From NCBI GenBank assembly GCA_041183925.1, contig JBEGKV010000001.1, positions 1 through 32,506 of the forward strand: 32,506 nucleotides of DNA. The letters run 5' to 3'. Below, one piece after another: positions 20,253 through 30,041 of the stretch. A program made the position numbers and the translations under genes. Position 1 is the first letter of the stretch. Each line of letters begins with the position of its first letter. This DNA comes from Actinomycetota bacterium. Its GTDB lineage: Bacteria > Actinomycetota > Actinomycetes > Actinomycetales > Microbacteriaceae. The notes beneath the pieces are model-generated. The model ran no database searches, was not told where the DNA came from, and was given only the letters and a program-made list of their open reading frames with translations.

Positions 20253-21992
20253 TCACAGCTCACCAACCCGGTGGATTGATTGTAAGCGGGTGTAAGCGTT
20301 AATACCTTCAGGGCCATATTCCATACCCACGCCTGAATCCTTCCAGCCACCAAATGGTGCAGCCAGGTTAGATGCGTAGAAGTTGATTCCCATCGACCCG
20401 GTCTCGATCTGAGCTGCAAGCTCAGCACCGTGGTGAATGTCTGTGGTGAAGATATTTCCGCCTAGACCATAAGGCGACTGATTCGCGATGCGCACAGCAT
20501 CCTGCTCGTTCTTATATGGAACAACTACGAGAACAGGGCCAAAGATTTCTTCCTGTGCCACACGCATGGAGTTATCAACGTTGGCAAAGACTGTGGGCTT
20601 TGCAAAGTAGCCGCGGTCAAGTCCCTCAGGACGACCTGAGCCACCCGTTGCGACGGAGGCACCTTCTTCTTGGCCAATCTTGATGTAGTTGGTCACAGTA
20701 TCGAACTGCTTCTTTGACGCAGAAGGTCCAAAGACGGTCTTTTCATTGAAAGGGTCACCCTGCTGCGTGTTTTTCACTGCATGCGCAACCGCGTCGACGA
20801 CCTCGTCATAGCGAGACTGGGGAGCCAGAATACGTGTGGCGTTGTAACAGGTCTGGCCCGTGTTTCGAAGCGATGTGCGAGTGACGGACTTGGCAAAGAA
20901 ATCTAGGTCAGCGTCTTCGAGCACGATACTGGCGGATTTTCCCCCGAGTTCCAGCGTGACAGGCTTGAGTAAGCGTCCGCACTGTTCAGCCAAGAATCGA
21001 CCGACTTCAGTTGAACCCGTGAACGCAACCTTGGCCACATCTGGGTGTTCCACAAGCGCGCCGACCGTGTGACGGGTGCAGGTGACGAGGTTGATCACAC
21101 CTTCTGGAAGTCCAGCTGCAACGGAGGCTTCTATCAAGATGCGCAGGTCAAGCGGGGTCTCGCTTGCAGGCTTGATCACGACCGTGCACCCTGCAATTAA
21201 TGCCGGTGCCAACTTAATCATGACGAGCGCAACGGGATAATTCCACGGGGCAATCAGGGCTGCAACTCCACGAGGGTGGCGGTGAACCTCGGTGTAGTGG
21301 TCCGGGCGGTCCGGGTAGGGGCGAGAGTCTTTCTTGTCGACGAAGTCTCCAAGGCCTGCGTAATAACGCAAAAGGCCAGCGCCGTGTCCGGCAGCAACGG
21401 AAGCTTCCATCAAAATGCGCAGATCGAGAGGTGTTTCACTCGCAGGCTTGATCACGACGGTGCAGCCGGCAATGAGTGCTGGTGCGAGCTTGATCATGAC
21501 CAACGCAACGGGGTAGTTCCAGGGGGCAATCAGTGCTGCAACACCGCGGGGGTGGCGGTGAACCTCTGTGTAGTGACCGGGACGGTCAGGGTAGGGACGA
21601 GAGTCTTTCTTGTCGACAAAGTCACCAAGTCCTGCGTAGTAACGCAGCAGACCAGCACCGTGACCTGCAGCCAGGCGGGTTTCCGAGATGGGTGTTCCGT
21701 TTTCACTGGTGATGATGTTGGCAAGTGCCTCCGCACGAGCTTCGAACTCATCCGCAAGTTTGCGCATGTAGTTTCCGCGTTCATCTGCGCTGATGTCGCG
21801 CCATCCCTTGCCGCGGAATGCAGCAGACGCGGCAGCAACTGCCTTGTTTATGTCGGCTTCGTCAGCAGCTGGAACCTGTGCCCAAATTTCTTCCGTCGCG
21901 GGGTCGGTCACATCAATGAAGACTCCCGAGCCCGACTTCACCCATTGACCACCAATAAAGAGGTCGTCGGCGTAAATCTCTAATGTCGTCAT
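20253..21992 (-). CDS. creC: Aromatic aldehyde dehydrogenase (CreC-like) with an internal 92-aa tandem duplication
   Basis: PWNYP and KPASETP each occur twice; FTGSTEVG, LELGGKS, GQTC, EEIFGPV; position matches the cre cluster. Confidence 0.8.
   Translation of the reverse strand: MTTLEIYADDLFIGGQWVKSGSGVFIDVTDPATEEIWAQVPAADEADINKAVAAASAAFRGKGWRDISADERGNYMRKLADEFEARAEALANIITSENGTPISETRLAAGHGAGLLRYYAGLGDFVDKKDSRPYPDRPGHYTEVHRHPRGVAALIAPWNYPVALVMIKLAPALIAGCTVVIKPASETPLDLRILMEASVAAGHGAGLLRYYAGLGDFVDKKDSRPYPDRPDHYTEVHRHPRGVAALIAPWNYPVALVMIKLAPALIAGCTVVIKPASETPLDLRILIEASVAAGLPEGVINLVTCTRHTVGALVEHPDVAKVAFTGSTEVGRFLAEQCGRLLKPVTLELGGKSASIVLEDADLDFFAKSVTRTSLRNTGQTCYNATRILAPQSRYDEVVDAVAHAVKNTQQGDPFNEKTVFGPSASKKQFDTVTNYIKIGQEEGASVATGGSGRPEGLDRGYFAKPTVFANVDNSMRVAQEEIFGPVLVVVPYKNEQDAVRIANQSPYGLGGNIFTTDIHHGAELAAQIETGSMGINFYASNLAAPFGGWKDSGVGMEYGPEGINAYTRLQSIHRVGEL
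21111..21671 (-). repeat. In-frame tandem duplication, 276-bp period, synonymously diverged copies
   Basis: Residues ~108-199 repeat as ~200-291; by manual comparison about 41 of 92 codons differ but only 2 amino acids. Confidence 0.95.
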
Positions 21993-22024
21993 GCGAAATC
22001 CGTTTCGATTGTAGAACTAATGAA

Positions 22025-22684
22025 TTAGAGAACGTCGAGGCACAGCACACGAATAGAGTGCTGCAGTTCTGCCTCAGCCATGGCGCGACCAGTTGGCGTA
22101 ATCATCTCGGGCATGATGTCAACTTCGAGTTTGTGTCTAATCTGCTGAGGGGTTTTGCCAAACCATTCCGCGGAGAAACCAAGCCCTACAGGGTTAAACC
22201 GCCAGAGACGATCTGCATCTCGGACAATTGAATCTTCAATGCTGTAACTTTCAGAGCGAGTGTCGTGACCGTCAATGATGTCCGTGACCTTCTTAATAAA
22301 GGCTTCGTCATAGCCACATCCGGGCAGAATCTCCCGGGCAATATCGCAGCCAAAAATTTCGTGCTGAACACGAACGTCGCTGGTCATGAAGTTTTCGCTG
22401 CGAAAGCCTTCAGAGAGAATTTTCTCCTCGTCCACGCGGGACCAACCTGCGTCATGCAGCATGGCTGCAACACGAGTTACTTTTTCATCCGCCTCGGGGT
22501 GAGCATCAAGGAGGAACTCTGCAAAAAGCAGAGTGAGGGGCAAGTGAATGTCATTCATCCGGGAGCGGGTATAAGGCTCCACGGCTTTCCAGATGTTGTC
22601 GACGTTGGTATAGGTTCCCGTAGGAAGCGCCCCATTGCCCAGAGTGGGAACATCCTTCAATGAGTGAGTAAATTCCATAGCCAT
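22025..22684 (-). CDS. creD: HD-domain phosphohydrolase (CreD-like)
   Basis: NDIH, MLHDAGWS, HE, IIDGHDTR, DADRLWR; sits between ALDH and ferredoxin reductase as in the cre cluster. Confidence 0.78.
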   Translation of the reverse strand: MAMEFTHSLKDVPTLGNGALPTGTYTNVDNIWKAVEPYTRSRMNDIHLPLTLLFAEFLLDAHPEADEKVTRVAAMLHDAGWSRVDEEKILSEGFRSENFMTSDVRVQHEIFGCDIAREILPGCGYDEAFIKKVTDIIDGHDTRSESYSIEDSIVRDADRLWRFNPVGLGFSAEWFGKTPQQIRHKLEVDIMPEMITPTGRAMAEAELQHSIRVLCLDVL

Positions 22685-22695
22685 GAGGCGTTCTC

Positions 22696-23934
22696 CTAAT
22701 CCGTGAAGAGGGTCTTAAGCGCAACGGAAGAATCCGCTGCACGATCTGCGGGAATGTTTTGACCTGCGGTGAGGGCACGGCGCACAGCCATATAGTCGCT
22801 GACGTCATTGACCGCATCCACCGCGATAATTCGGCCGTTCTTGTAATACAGCACGCTGAATTTACCCTCATCAGGGTTGCCGCGAAGAACCTGCTGGTCA
22901 TAGCCCTGCAGCAGTCCGGCCATCTGAAGCTTGAGGTCTGCCTGATCACTCCAGAACCAGGGCACTGCGCGATATTCGTCCGTTCCACCTCGCAAGGTTT
23001 TTGCGGCTAACTTTGCCTGGTCAACGGCGTTCTGCACAGACTCAAGCATCACCATGGATTCGCCTGTGAGCGGGTGAGGAAGCATCGCCACGTCTCCACA
23101 GGCCACAATTCGAGGATCTGACGTGCGGGCGTGAGAATCAACAACTATGGCGCCGTTAGCGCTGATTTCCAACCCGAGTTGCTGAGCAAGCTCACCACGG
23201 GGGCTCACTCCGATACCCACCATCACTGCATCCGCAGGAATCACGGTGCCGTCTTCGAGTTCCACACCGGTAACTCTCCCGCTGTTGCCGATCAGCCGGG
23301 AAACTTTCTTTTCCAGCAAAATATGGGCACCGCGTTGTGTGTGTGCCTTGAGGAAGAAATCGCTGACCACAGGGCCGACAGCGCGAGACATCAGGCGGTC
23401 ACGAGAGTGAACTACGGTGACGTTTTTGTTGTATTTACGCGCAACAGCAGCAACCTCGAGACCGATAAAGCCTCCCCCGATGACAACAATATTTTCTATT
23501 GATTCCCACCGTGCTTTGAGAGCGTTGGCGTCATCAAGACCGCGCATATACAGCACACCGTCAAGGTCAGCACCTTCGCAGGTCAGCCGCTTGGGATCTG
23601 AACCTGTCGCAAGTGCCAGCTGAGAAAAAGGAAGTTCCCGACCGGTTTCGGTTATCGCTACACCGTGGTTCTGCCCCCATGCAAGGGAGACAACCTTTTC
23701 AGAGGGAATAACGACAATGTTGTTGTCAACATAAAACTGTGGGTTTCTCAGTTCCAAAGATTCAGCATCTGCGTCGCCGGCGAGGTAGGCCTTCGACAGA
23801 GGAGGGCGTTGATAGGGACCGTGGTTTTCTTCCCCGACAATCGTGACTGTGCCATCGAAGCCGTCCTCACGCAAGGTGACGGCTATCTGCATTCCTGCTT
23901 GCCCGCCACCGATGATGAGGATGTGCTCGGTCAT
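22696..23934 (-). CDS. creE: FAD-dependent ferredoxin reductase (P450 class I partner)
   Basis: GGGQAG, PYQRPPLSK, LATGS, GGGFIGLE, ESVQNA, VPWFWSDQ; letter assigned by synteny from memory. Confidence 0.85.
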   Translation of the reverse strand: MTEHILIIGGGQAGMQIAVTLREDGFDGTVTIVGEENHGPYQRPPLSKAYLAGDADAESLELRNPQFYVDNNIVVIPSEKVVSLAWGQNHGVAITETGRELPFSQLALATGSDPKRLTCEGADLDGVLYMRGLDDANALKARWESIENIVVIGGGFIGLEVAAVARKYNKNVTVVHSRDRLMSRAVGPVVSDFFLKAHTQRGAHILLEKKVSRLIGNSGRVTGVELEDGTVIPADAVMVGIGVSPRGELAQQLGLEISANGAIVVDSHARTSDPRIVACGDVAMLPHPLTGESMVMLESVQNAVDQAKLAAKTLRGGTDEYRAVPWFWSDQADLKLQMAGLLQGYDQQVLRGNPDEGKFSVLYYKNGRIIAVDAVNDVSDYMAVRRALTAGQNIPADRAADSSVALKTLFTD

Positions 23935-23938
23935 TGCA

Positions 23939-24262
23939 TTAGACCTGTTCAGGAGCGATAGTGACACGCATTCCGTCGAGCTCGCTACGCAGTTTAATCT
24001 GGCAACTCAGACGAGAAGTAGGGCGGCGTTCCGCGGCGGCACCATCCAACATGTCATCCTCGAGATCGCCCGCTTCGCCAACCTCATCCGAGAAAGCTTC
24101 GTCCACATAGACGTGGCAGGTTGCGCACGCACAGGCGCCACCACATTCAGCAACGATGCCCTTCACACCATTCTTGACAGCGAGGTCCATGACAGAGTCG
24201 CCGTCGCGGCCTTCAAGGGTGGTTTCAGTTCCGTCTGGAGAGATATAAGTAACGCTAGGCAT
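23939..24262 (-). CDS. creF: [2Fe-2S] putidaredoxin-type ferredoxin
   Basis: CGGACACATCH...SRLSCQ; letter assigned by synteny from memory. Confidence 0.88.
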   Translation of the reverse strand: MPSVTYISPDGTETTLEGRDGDSVMDLAVKNGVKGIVAECGGACACATCHVYVDEAFSDEVGEAGDLEDDMLDGAAAERRPTSRLSCQIKLRSELDGMRVTIAPEQV

Positions 24263-24286
24263 GATGTTCTTTCTTGAGGTGAAGGG

Positions 24287-25036
24287 TTAGATAAATTGCT
24301 TGCCACCATCAACGATGATGGTTTGGCCGGTGATGTATCCAGCATTGCTGCTGGCAAGGAAGAGGGCAGTGCCCACAATGTCTTCCGGCTGGCTCGCGCG
24401 CTTGATGGAGCGGCTACTCACACCGTAGTTGGCGGCGTCATCGATTTGAGCCAGGCTTGCCTCGGTGAGAGTAAAGCCAGGGGCAATCGCATTGACCGTG
24501 ACATTCTTGGCCCCTGCTTCACGAGCCATGACACGGGTCATGCCCACGAGTGCACCCTTCGACGTGACGTAGTGCATCCACAGTGGTGACCCACTGAAGA
24601 AGGTGGCTGATGCAATGTTGATAATCGATCCGCCGTTCATGTGCTTGTAGCAGGCAGCCGATGCTAGCCACGGTCCCTTGACGTTGACAGCCATGACTTT
24701 GTCCCACTCATCTGGGTCTATATCCCAGAAGTCACTGCGTTCGAGAGTGGCATAGATTGCCGCGTTATTGATCAGCACGTCTACCGAACCAAAAGCGTCC
24801 AGAGTGGCGGCGACCATAGCTTCACAGCTCGACTTATCGGCCACATTGACCGATACAGCTATCGCCTGGGCACCTTCGGCTTCAACTAGCGCAACAGTTT
24901 CTGCAGCACCTGCAGAATTCATGTCGGCAATGATGAGGTTGGCACCTTCCTGAGCAAACCCCAGCGCAAATGCGCGGCCAAGGCCACCTGCGGCACCGGT
25001 AATGATGACAGTTTTACCACTGAGTTGTTGTGACAT
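24287..25036 (-). CDS. creG: SDR-family alcohol dehydrogenase (CreG-like)
   Basis: TGAAGGLG, NNAA, YVTSK, NAIAPG, ITGQTIIVDGG. Confidence 0.82.
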   Translation of the reverse strand: MSQQLSGKTVIITGAAGGLGRAFALGFAQEGANLIIADMNSAGAAETVALVEAEGAQAIAVSVNVADKSSCEAMVAATLDAFGSVDVLINNAAIYATLERSDFWDIDPDEWDKVMAVNVKGPWLASAACYKHMNGGSIINIASATFFSGSPLWMHYVTSKGALVGMTRVMAREAGAKNVTVNAIAPGFTLTEASLAQIDDAANYGVSSRSIKRASQPEDIVGTALFLASSNAGYITGQTIIVDGGKQFI

Positions 25037-25742
25037 GTGCACGTCCTCTTTCTTGCATGTCGTTCATCTGAGAGCTGATGTCCATGGATTCCAGAGCAAT
25101 CAATGCCAAAGACATTGCTTTCCCTGCGTCAGTGAAGAGATCGTCATAGGCGCGAAACGCATTGATGCGAAGCGATTCTTCACGGTCAAGTCCAAAGCGG
25201 GGCATCGCAACATCGACGCCATGGGGCGACACCCGCCAAATCTTATCGGCGTCTTTGACACAACTGTCATTGATGCTCAACGTCGTGAGTCGAGTGTCAT
25301 GGCCATCGATGATGTCGCAAATTTCAGCGATATCTGTTTCGGAATAGCCGACCTCGGTCAGAATTTCTCGGGCAATACGCGCACCCTCTTTTTCATGTTG
25401 CACAACAGCCCAGGTGTAGGTGCCATCTCTGTCAGGAGCGATGGCTTGGAAGGCAATCTCTTCCTCGACGGTAGACCAGCCGGTGTCGTGCAAAATGATG
25501 GCAGGTAACACAATGTGTTCATGAGCCTCAGGAATACGGGTGAGGAGCTGGTTCGCAATCGCAAAGGAATACAACGTGTGTACATCGTTGTCCCGGGTCT
25601 GTAAATAGGGAGTAGCGAGCTCCCAGATGCGAGCATCCCGTTCCCCCATAGCCACCAGGCCGGGGACGTTCTGCCACGAAGGAATCTTGTGGGAGACGTC
25701 ACGACCAAGATGGTTGACGGGGGAACGGGATACACGCTTCAT
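25014..25742 (-). CDS. Second HD-domain phosphohydrolase (CreD paralog)
   Basis: NDVH, ILHDTGWS, HE, IIDGHDTR, DADKIWR. Confidence 0.85.
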   Translation of the reverse strand: MKRVSRSPVNHLGRDVSHKIPSWQNVPGLVAMGERDARIWELATPYLQTRDNDVHTLYSFAIANQLLTRIPEAHEHIVLPAIILHDTGWSTVEEEIAFQAIAPDRDGTYTWAVVQHEKEGARIAREILTEVGYSETDIAEICDIIDGHDTRLTTLSINDSCVKDADKIWRVSPHGVDVAMPRFGLDREESLRINAFRAYDDLFTDAGKAMSLALIALESMDISSQMNDMQERGRAHVTTTQW

Positions 25743-25755
25743 GGTGTGGTGATAA

Positions 25756-27579
25756 CTACTTACTCAGAATCTCGACGGTTCCGTTGGTGCCATCAACACG
25801 CAACGTCATACCCGTCTTGATCGAGGTCGACGCGTTACCAGTACCGGTCACAGCTGGCAGACCATACTCACGGCAGACGATAGCTGCGTGAGACATCATG
25901 CCTCCGATGTCAGTAACAGTGGCGCTGATCTTTCCAAAGACAGGACCCCACGAAGGTGCCGTCACAGGAGCGACCAGGATTTCTCCCTGCTGGAGTTCCC
26001 CGAGCTGGTCGGGGCTGAAGATAACGCGTGCCTTACCTTCTGCAACACCACCTGATGCAGCCATACCCTTGAGCTCGTTCTTGTTTCCGGAGTCGGAACC
26101 AAGCCACTGCTGAACCTGCTCAGTTGTAATACCCCACAGCATGACAGTGAAGGGTTCGCTGATTTCAGCAGGTGGTTCGTTGAACGCAGGTGCTGGACGG
26201 TTCTGTGCCAGGGCGTTGATGATCTTTGCACGGCGTGCAATCTCAGCAGGCCAGTACTTAGGTCCGATGGGCTCCGTACCAACAGCCCATGCGTTTGCGT
26301 AGTCAAACATAACTTCGCGAACACGGTTGCGGTCGATGTAGAGAATGTCTTCTGCGTTCTCCCAGAAGCCCTGGTCTGCAAGAAGCTGTCCCAGCTGACG
26401 AACCTTGCGCCAGAAGACACCCATGGTCCAGTGCTCAATGTAGAAGTTGTGGTCTTCGACGTAGGGGTACACAGCGCGTGCGAGACCGAGCTTGCCTTGG
26501 AAGGTTTCCAGTGCTTCGCCGGACAGTGCCTCTGAATACTCGTCTGCAATGCGGTCGCGCTCGATAATGAGAGCGTCCTTGGGGCGGTGGAGCTGCTCAC
26601 CCTTGGCTGCACGCTCGACATAGTCAGCGATATAACCCACGGGAAGATCCAGGTTGTCACGCCAGTAGACATCGGTTCCGTAGAAACCGTTACCGACGGT
26701 GTAGTTGAACCATGGGTCTTGAGCTGCTTCAAACGCTTTGAGCCATTCAGCGCCCTGAGGTGCTGCTTCAACTGCGGCAAGAGTCTTCTCGGCGTTGATG
26801 TGGCCGGCGAACTGAGCGGTGAGGCCCAGCTTGACAGCGAGGTCGGCGAGGTTCTTCAGTTCGTCATCTGGACGGAAAAGCACTGAGTCAACACCCATCA
26901 CCATCTTGGCGATAGCAAGGTCAGGAATTCCAGGGAATGCTTCCTTGCAGAAACCGAAGAAGTCTAGGTACGCAACGTAACCCAGGTTAAGGAACTCAAA
27001 GTGGTGCTCCCAGTTGCGGTAAACAAGGTTGATCAGACGGTCGTAATCTTCAAACATCTTGACGGAAGGGTCCATACCCACACCGTTTTTGATGTCCTCG
27101 AGGGGAACCATGTCGGGAAGGGCCTCGAAGTTGATGGCGTCAATCTCTTCAATGTTCTTGAGAACTTTGGTCTTCCAGTTCTCGAGCAAGGTGCCCCAGT
27201 TCTGGAAGTAGTGCCCAGCTCGCTCCATGAAGTGTGGAACGCGGTCACCGATGAGCTCAGGCGCTACACCGACGGGGCTGAAGTAGTTGTAACCCATGTG
27301 GATACGGAAGTCGATACCGTTCGCAGGGGGAACAATGTAGTGGCGAGTGTTGTACGCACCGAGGCAGCGAGAAGCGAACTCCACGCCGATAACCTCGAAG
27401 GGCTTGAACACATTAGGCCAGTGCTGAGAGTCGCAGAACCAGAACTTCTGCTCTTCCTCTTTGCGCTGGTTGTCCTGGAAAACCAGGTAATAGGGGTAGA
27501 GCTCTTGCCATCCCTCAGCACCCTTGGGGGTTTTGAGTGAATAGGGCGAGGGGAAGCTCTTAGCGGCACGTGGCGACAT
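25756..27579 (-). CDS. creH: Alkylphenol kinase / arylphosphate synthase, substrate-binding plus phospho-His subunit
   Basis: C-terminal PEP-utilizer mobile domain TDIGGMMSHAAIVCREYGLPAV, VDGTNG; N-terminus resembles phenylphosphate synthase A. Confidence 0.87.
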   Translation of the reverse strand: MSPRAAKSFPSPYSLKTPKGAEGWQELYPYYLVFQDNQRKEEEQKFWFCDSQHWPNVFKPFEVIGVEFASRCLGAYNTRHYIVPPANGIDFRIHMGYNYFSPVGVAPELIGDRVPHFMERAGHYFQNWGTLLENWKTKVLKNIEEIDAINFEALPDMVPLEDIKNGVGMDPSVKMFEDYDRLINLVYRNWEHHFEFLNLGYVAYLDFFGFCKEAFPGIPDLAIAKMVMGVDSVLFRPDDELKNLADLAVKLGLTAQFAGHINAEKTLAAVEAAPQGAEWLKAFEAAQDPWFNYTVGNGFYGTDVYWRDNLDLPVGYIADYVERAAKGEQLHRPKDALIIERDRIADEYSEALSGEALETFQGKLGLARAVYPYVEDHNFYIEHWTMGVFWRKVRQLGQLLADQGFWENAEDILYIDRNRVREVMFDYANAWAVGTEPIGPKYWPAEIARRAKIINALAQNRPAPAFNEPPAEISEPFTVMLWGITTEQVQQWLGSDSGNKNELKGMAASGGVAEGKARVIFSPDQLGELQQGEILVAPVTAPSWGPVFGKISATVTDIGGMMSHAAIVCREYGLPAVTGTGNASTSIKTGMTLRVDGTNGTVEILSK

Positions 27580-27624
27580 TGCGACGACCTTTCTTCTGTT
27601 CTCGAGTTAGGTGTTTGAGTAGTA

Positions 27625-28698
27625 CTACTTTTTGTTTTTTTCTAGTGAAGCCAGGAGCGAGCGCGTAATGGCCTCGATTCCTGCCCCACCAGAAAGACTT
27701 GCTACCGGCGTCTCCTTCTGCGACCACACCGTTTCAGGTCGGCTTTGCAGAAGAAGAACGTTTGCGCCTGCGGGCAGATCGGCATCGATCGCCCATTCGA
27801 CGTCTTGAACGCAGCCATAATGCTTATCAGCTGCTTTGGCGAGCTTGGCAACAGAGATGATCTCCTCTTCGCTCAAGCTGGGAGAATTGCGGCGCTCTTC
27901 CTCTACTTCGCGGCGAGTGATAGCGCCCCGTCCATTGGGAACGAGCTCTTCATGCTTGTCAGAAACGATGCGGCGAACCACCGACAGCATGACCTTGTCG
28001 ACAACATAGTTATCTGGGGTTACTTCACCAGAAACGACCATTTCGCCTAGGCCCCAACTGGAGTCAATGACGATTTTGGTGCGGTCTCCTGTAGTGGGAT
28101 CAATCGTCATGGCTACGCCAGAAGAACGAGAGTTCACCATCTTCTGCACGGCTACTGCGATGGAAAGACCTTCGCTAGGGATGTTATTAGCTTCACGGTA
28201 ACTGATAGCGCGTGCGGTGTAGAGAGATGCCCAGCATTCACGAATCTTCATGAGCACATTTTGTTCACCGATAATCCAGAGGTAGGTGTCTTGCTGGCCA
28301 GCAAAGCTAGCGTCAGGCAAGTCTTCAGCAGTTGCTGAGGAGCGCACAGCTACGGGAACTTCTCCGCCACACAGTTCCATGAGGGCTCGATATGCCCCCA
28401 CTACTTCGTGACGGACTGCGTCAGGTACTTCTTGCGTCAGGATGAGTTCACGAATAAGTGCTGACTGGCGATCCAGCTCTGCAGGATTGTCGTAGTTCAA
28501 ATCTTTGAGGTGCTTGGCGATTTGGTCATGCAGCCGGGTGTCATTCATGACCGCGTCGAATGCATCGGTAGTGACAGCAAATCCGGGAGGAACGGGCATC
28601 CCCGCATTGGTCATGATGACCAGTGACGTGCACTTTCCGCCCAAACGTTCGTGTTGGGGAGTCTCAGTGCTATCAAAGGGAAAAGAGTAAAGCGACAT
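27625..28698 (-). CDS. creI: Alkylphenol kinase ATP-binding (PEP synthase N-terminal-like) subunit
   Basis: LGGK, PVPPGF, VAVRSSATAEDLPDASFAGQQDT, WGLGEMVVSG, QDVEWA, LQSRPET; AAGGA RBS before ATG 28698. Confidence 0.88.
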   Translation of the reverse strand: MSLYSFPFDSTETPQHERLGGKCTSLVIMTNAGMPVPPGFAVTTDAFDAVMNDTRLHDQIAKHLKDLNYDNPAELDRQSALIRELILTQEVPDAVRHEVVGAYRALMELCGGEVPVAVRSSATAEDLPDASFAGQQDTYLWIIGEQNVLMKIRECWASLYTARAISYREANNIPSEGLSIAVAVQKMVNSRSSGVAMTIDPTTGDRTKIVIDSSWGLGEMVVSGEVTPDNYVVDKVMLSVVRRIVSDKHEELVPNGRGAITRREVEEERRNSPSLSEEEIISVAKLAKAADKHYGCVQDVEWAIDADLPAGANVLLLQSRPETVWSQKETPVASLSGGAGIEAITRSLLASLEKNKK

Positions 28699-28726
28699 TG
28701 CTTGATTCCTTAGAGGGTTGTGATTT

Positions 28727-29974
28727 TTACCAGACGACGGGTACTGCGATGGGAACTCGGAAGGAGAGGTTGTCTCCGAACTCAACGTGAGTTCCGGGCG
28801 CGAGTTGCATAGTTGGCACATTTTTTACCAATTCTTCGAGAGCAACCTTGGTTTGCAGCTTTCCGAGCATGTTGCCAATGCAGTAGTGAATTCCGAAACC
28901 GAAGGACAGGTGCTGACGAGCGTTTTGACGGGTGATGTCGAAATCATTGGGGTTTTCGAACATCTCTGGGTCACGGTTTGCCGAGCCCATGAGGAGAAGG
29001 AGTTGTGCTTCCTTCGGAATGGCGACACCGTTGATTTCGGTGTCGACCATGGCGGTGCGACGCCACGAGAAGATCGAGCCCGCAGTGCGCAGAACTTCTT
29101 CTACCGCCCCGGGAATTTTGGCGGGATCTTGTTTGATGGCATCCCAGGCAGTGGGGTTCAACATTAGCTGGATGACTGCGTTTGAGATCAAAGTAGTGGT
29201 GGTCTCGTGACCTGCAAAAAGCAGGCTGTAGAGGAATGACGCAATTTCGTGGTCGGAGATCTGGTCACCAGCGGCCTGCAGGTTCACCAAATCCGTCACT
29301 AGGTTGTCACCGGGAGTGATCTTGGCATCAGCTACAAGCTTTTGGCAGAAGTTCCAATAAGCCACCATATTGTGGGCGTGAGGAATCTGCTCCTCATCAC
29401 TCAGGTCACCCCACGTGAGAGTTGCACGCGAGCCGGCCCATTCCTTTACTTGTTCGATCATGTCCATAGGGACACCAATGAGGGCAAAGATGGTCAAGGT
29501 GGGCAAATCCCAGGCGAGTTCTGGAAGGATATCGCCTGAGTTTGTGCCCTTGGCCTTCATGTTTTCAATCAGACGGTCCGCGTTCTCGCGGATGAAAGGC
29601 TCCAGTACTTTGTAACGGCGGGGAGTGAATGCCTTGGTTGCAACCTCGCGAATACGGGTGTGCTCAGGTGGAATGCGGGCGGACAGACCGGAGTAAGTCG
29701 TGAACTTGCCTTCTTCCATGACCTTCTTGGCGGAAGCGCCCAGCGGACGAATGGGTGCCTGAGCATCCTTGGAGGAGAAAAGCTCCCAATTCTCGAAGAC
29801 ATACTTCACGTCTTCGTAACGGGAGACAACAAACATATTGATTCGGTCATCCCACATCACGGGAGCTTCCGCACGGAGTTCTTCGCACGCGGGGAAAGGA
29901 TCAGTCAGCTTAAACGGGACGAAGCCGTGATAATTCTTGCTGAAGTGGACCTGATCAACAGTTGCGTTTGGCAT
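28727..29974 (-). CDS. creJ: Cytochrome P450 (CreJ-like, acting on aryl phosphates)
   Basis: AGHETT I-helix, EVLR, FGFGIHYCIG heme Cys; AAGGAGG RBS before ATG 29974. Confidence 0.87.
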   Translation of the reverse strand: MPNATVDQVHFSKNYHGFVPFKLTDPFPACEELRAEAPVMWDDRINMFVVSRYEDVKYVFENWELFSSKDAQAPIRPLGASAKKVMEEGKFTTYSGLSARIPPEHTRIREVATKAFTPRRYKVLEPFIRENADRLIENMKAKGTNSGDILPELAWDLPTLTIFALIGVPMDMIEQVKEWAGSRATLTWGDLSDEEQIPHAHNMVAYWNFCQKLVADAKITPGDNLVTDLVNLQAAGDQISDHEIASFLYSLLFAGHETTTTLISNAVIQLMLNPTAWDAIKQDPAKIPGAVEEVLRTAGSIFSWRRTAMVDTEINGVAIPKEAQLLLLMGSANRDPEMFENPNDFDITRQNARQHLSFGFGIHYCIGNMLGKLQTKVALEELVKNVPTMQLAPGTHVEFGDNLSFRVPIAVPVVW

Positions 29975-30041
29975 AACCCATTCCTCCTTGAATACGTTGA
30001 TTCTCATCTTCCACCTGCGTGCAAGGAGTGTATACAGGAAT

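Noticed and set aside
21276-21983. 235-aa plus-strand ORF with internal repeat
   Set aside because: Mirror of the ALDH duplication; substitutions are synonymous in the ALDH frame, not this one
25962-26780. 272-aa alternative-frame ORF inside creH
   Set aside because: Ser/Thr-rich off-frame reading; creH is intact, so no frameshift is needed
25756-28698. Split or frameshifted PEP synthase pseudogene
   Set aside because: The two-gene architecture with separate RBSs matches CreHI and phenylphosphate-synthase-type kinases
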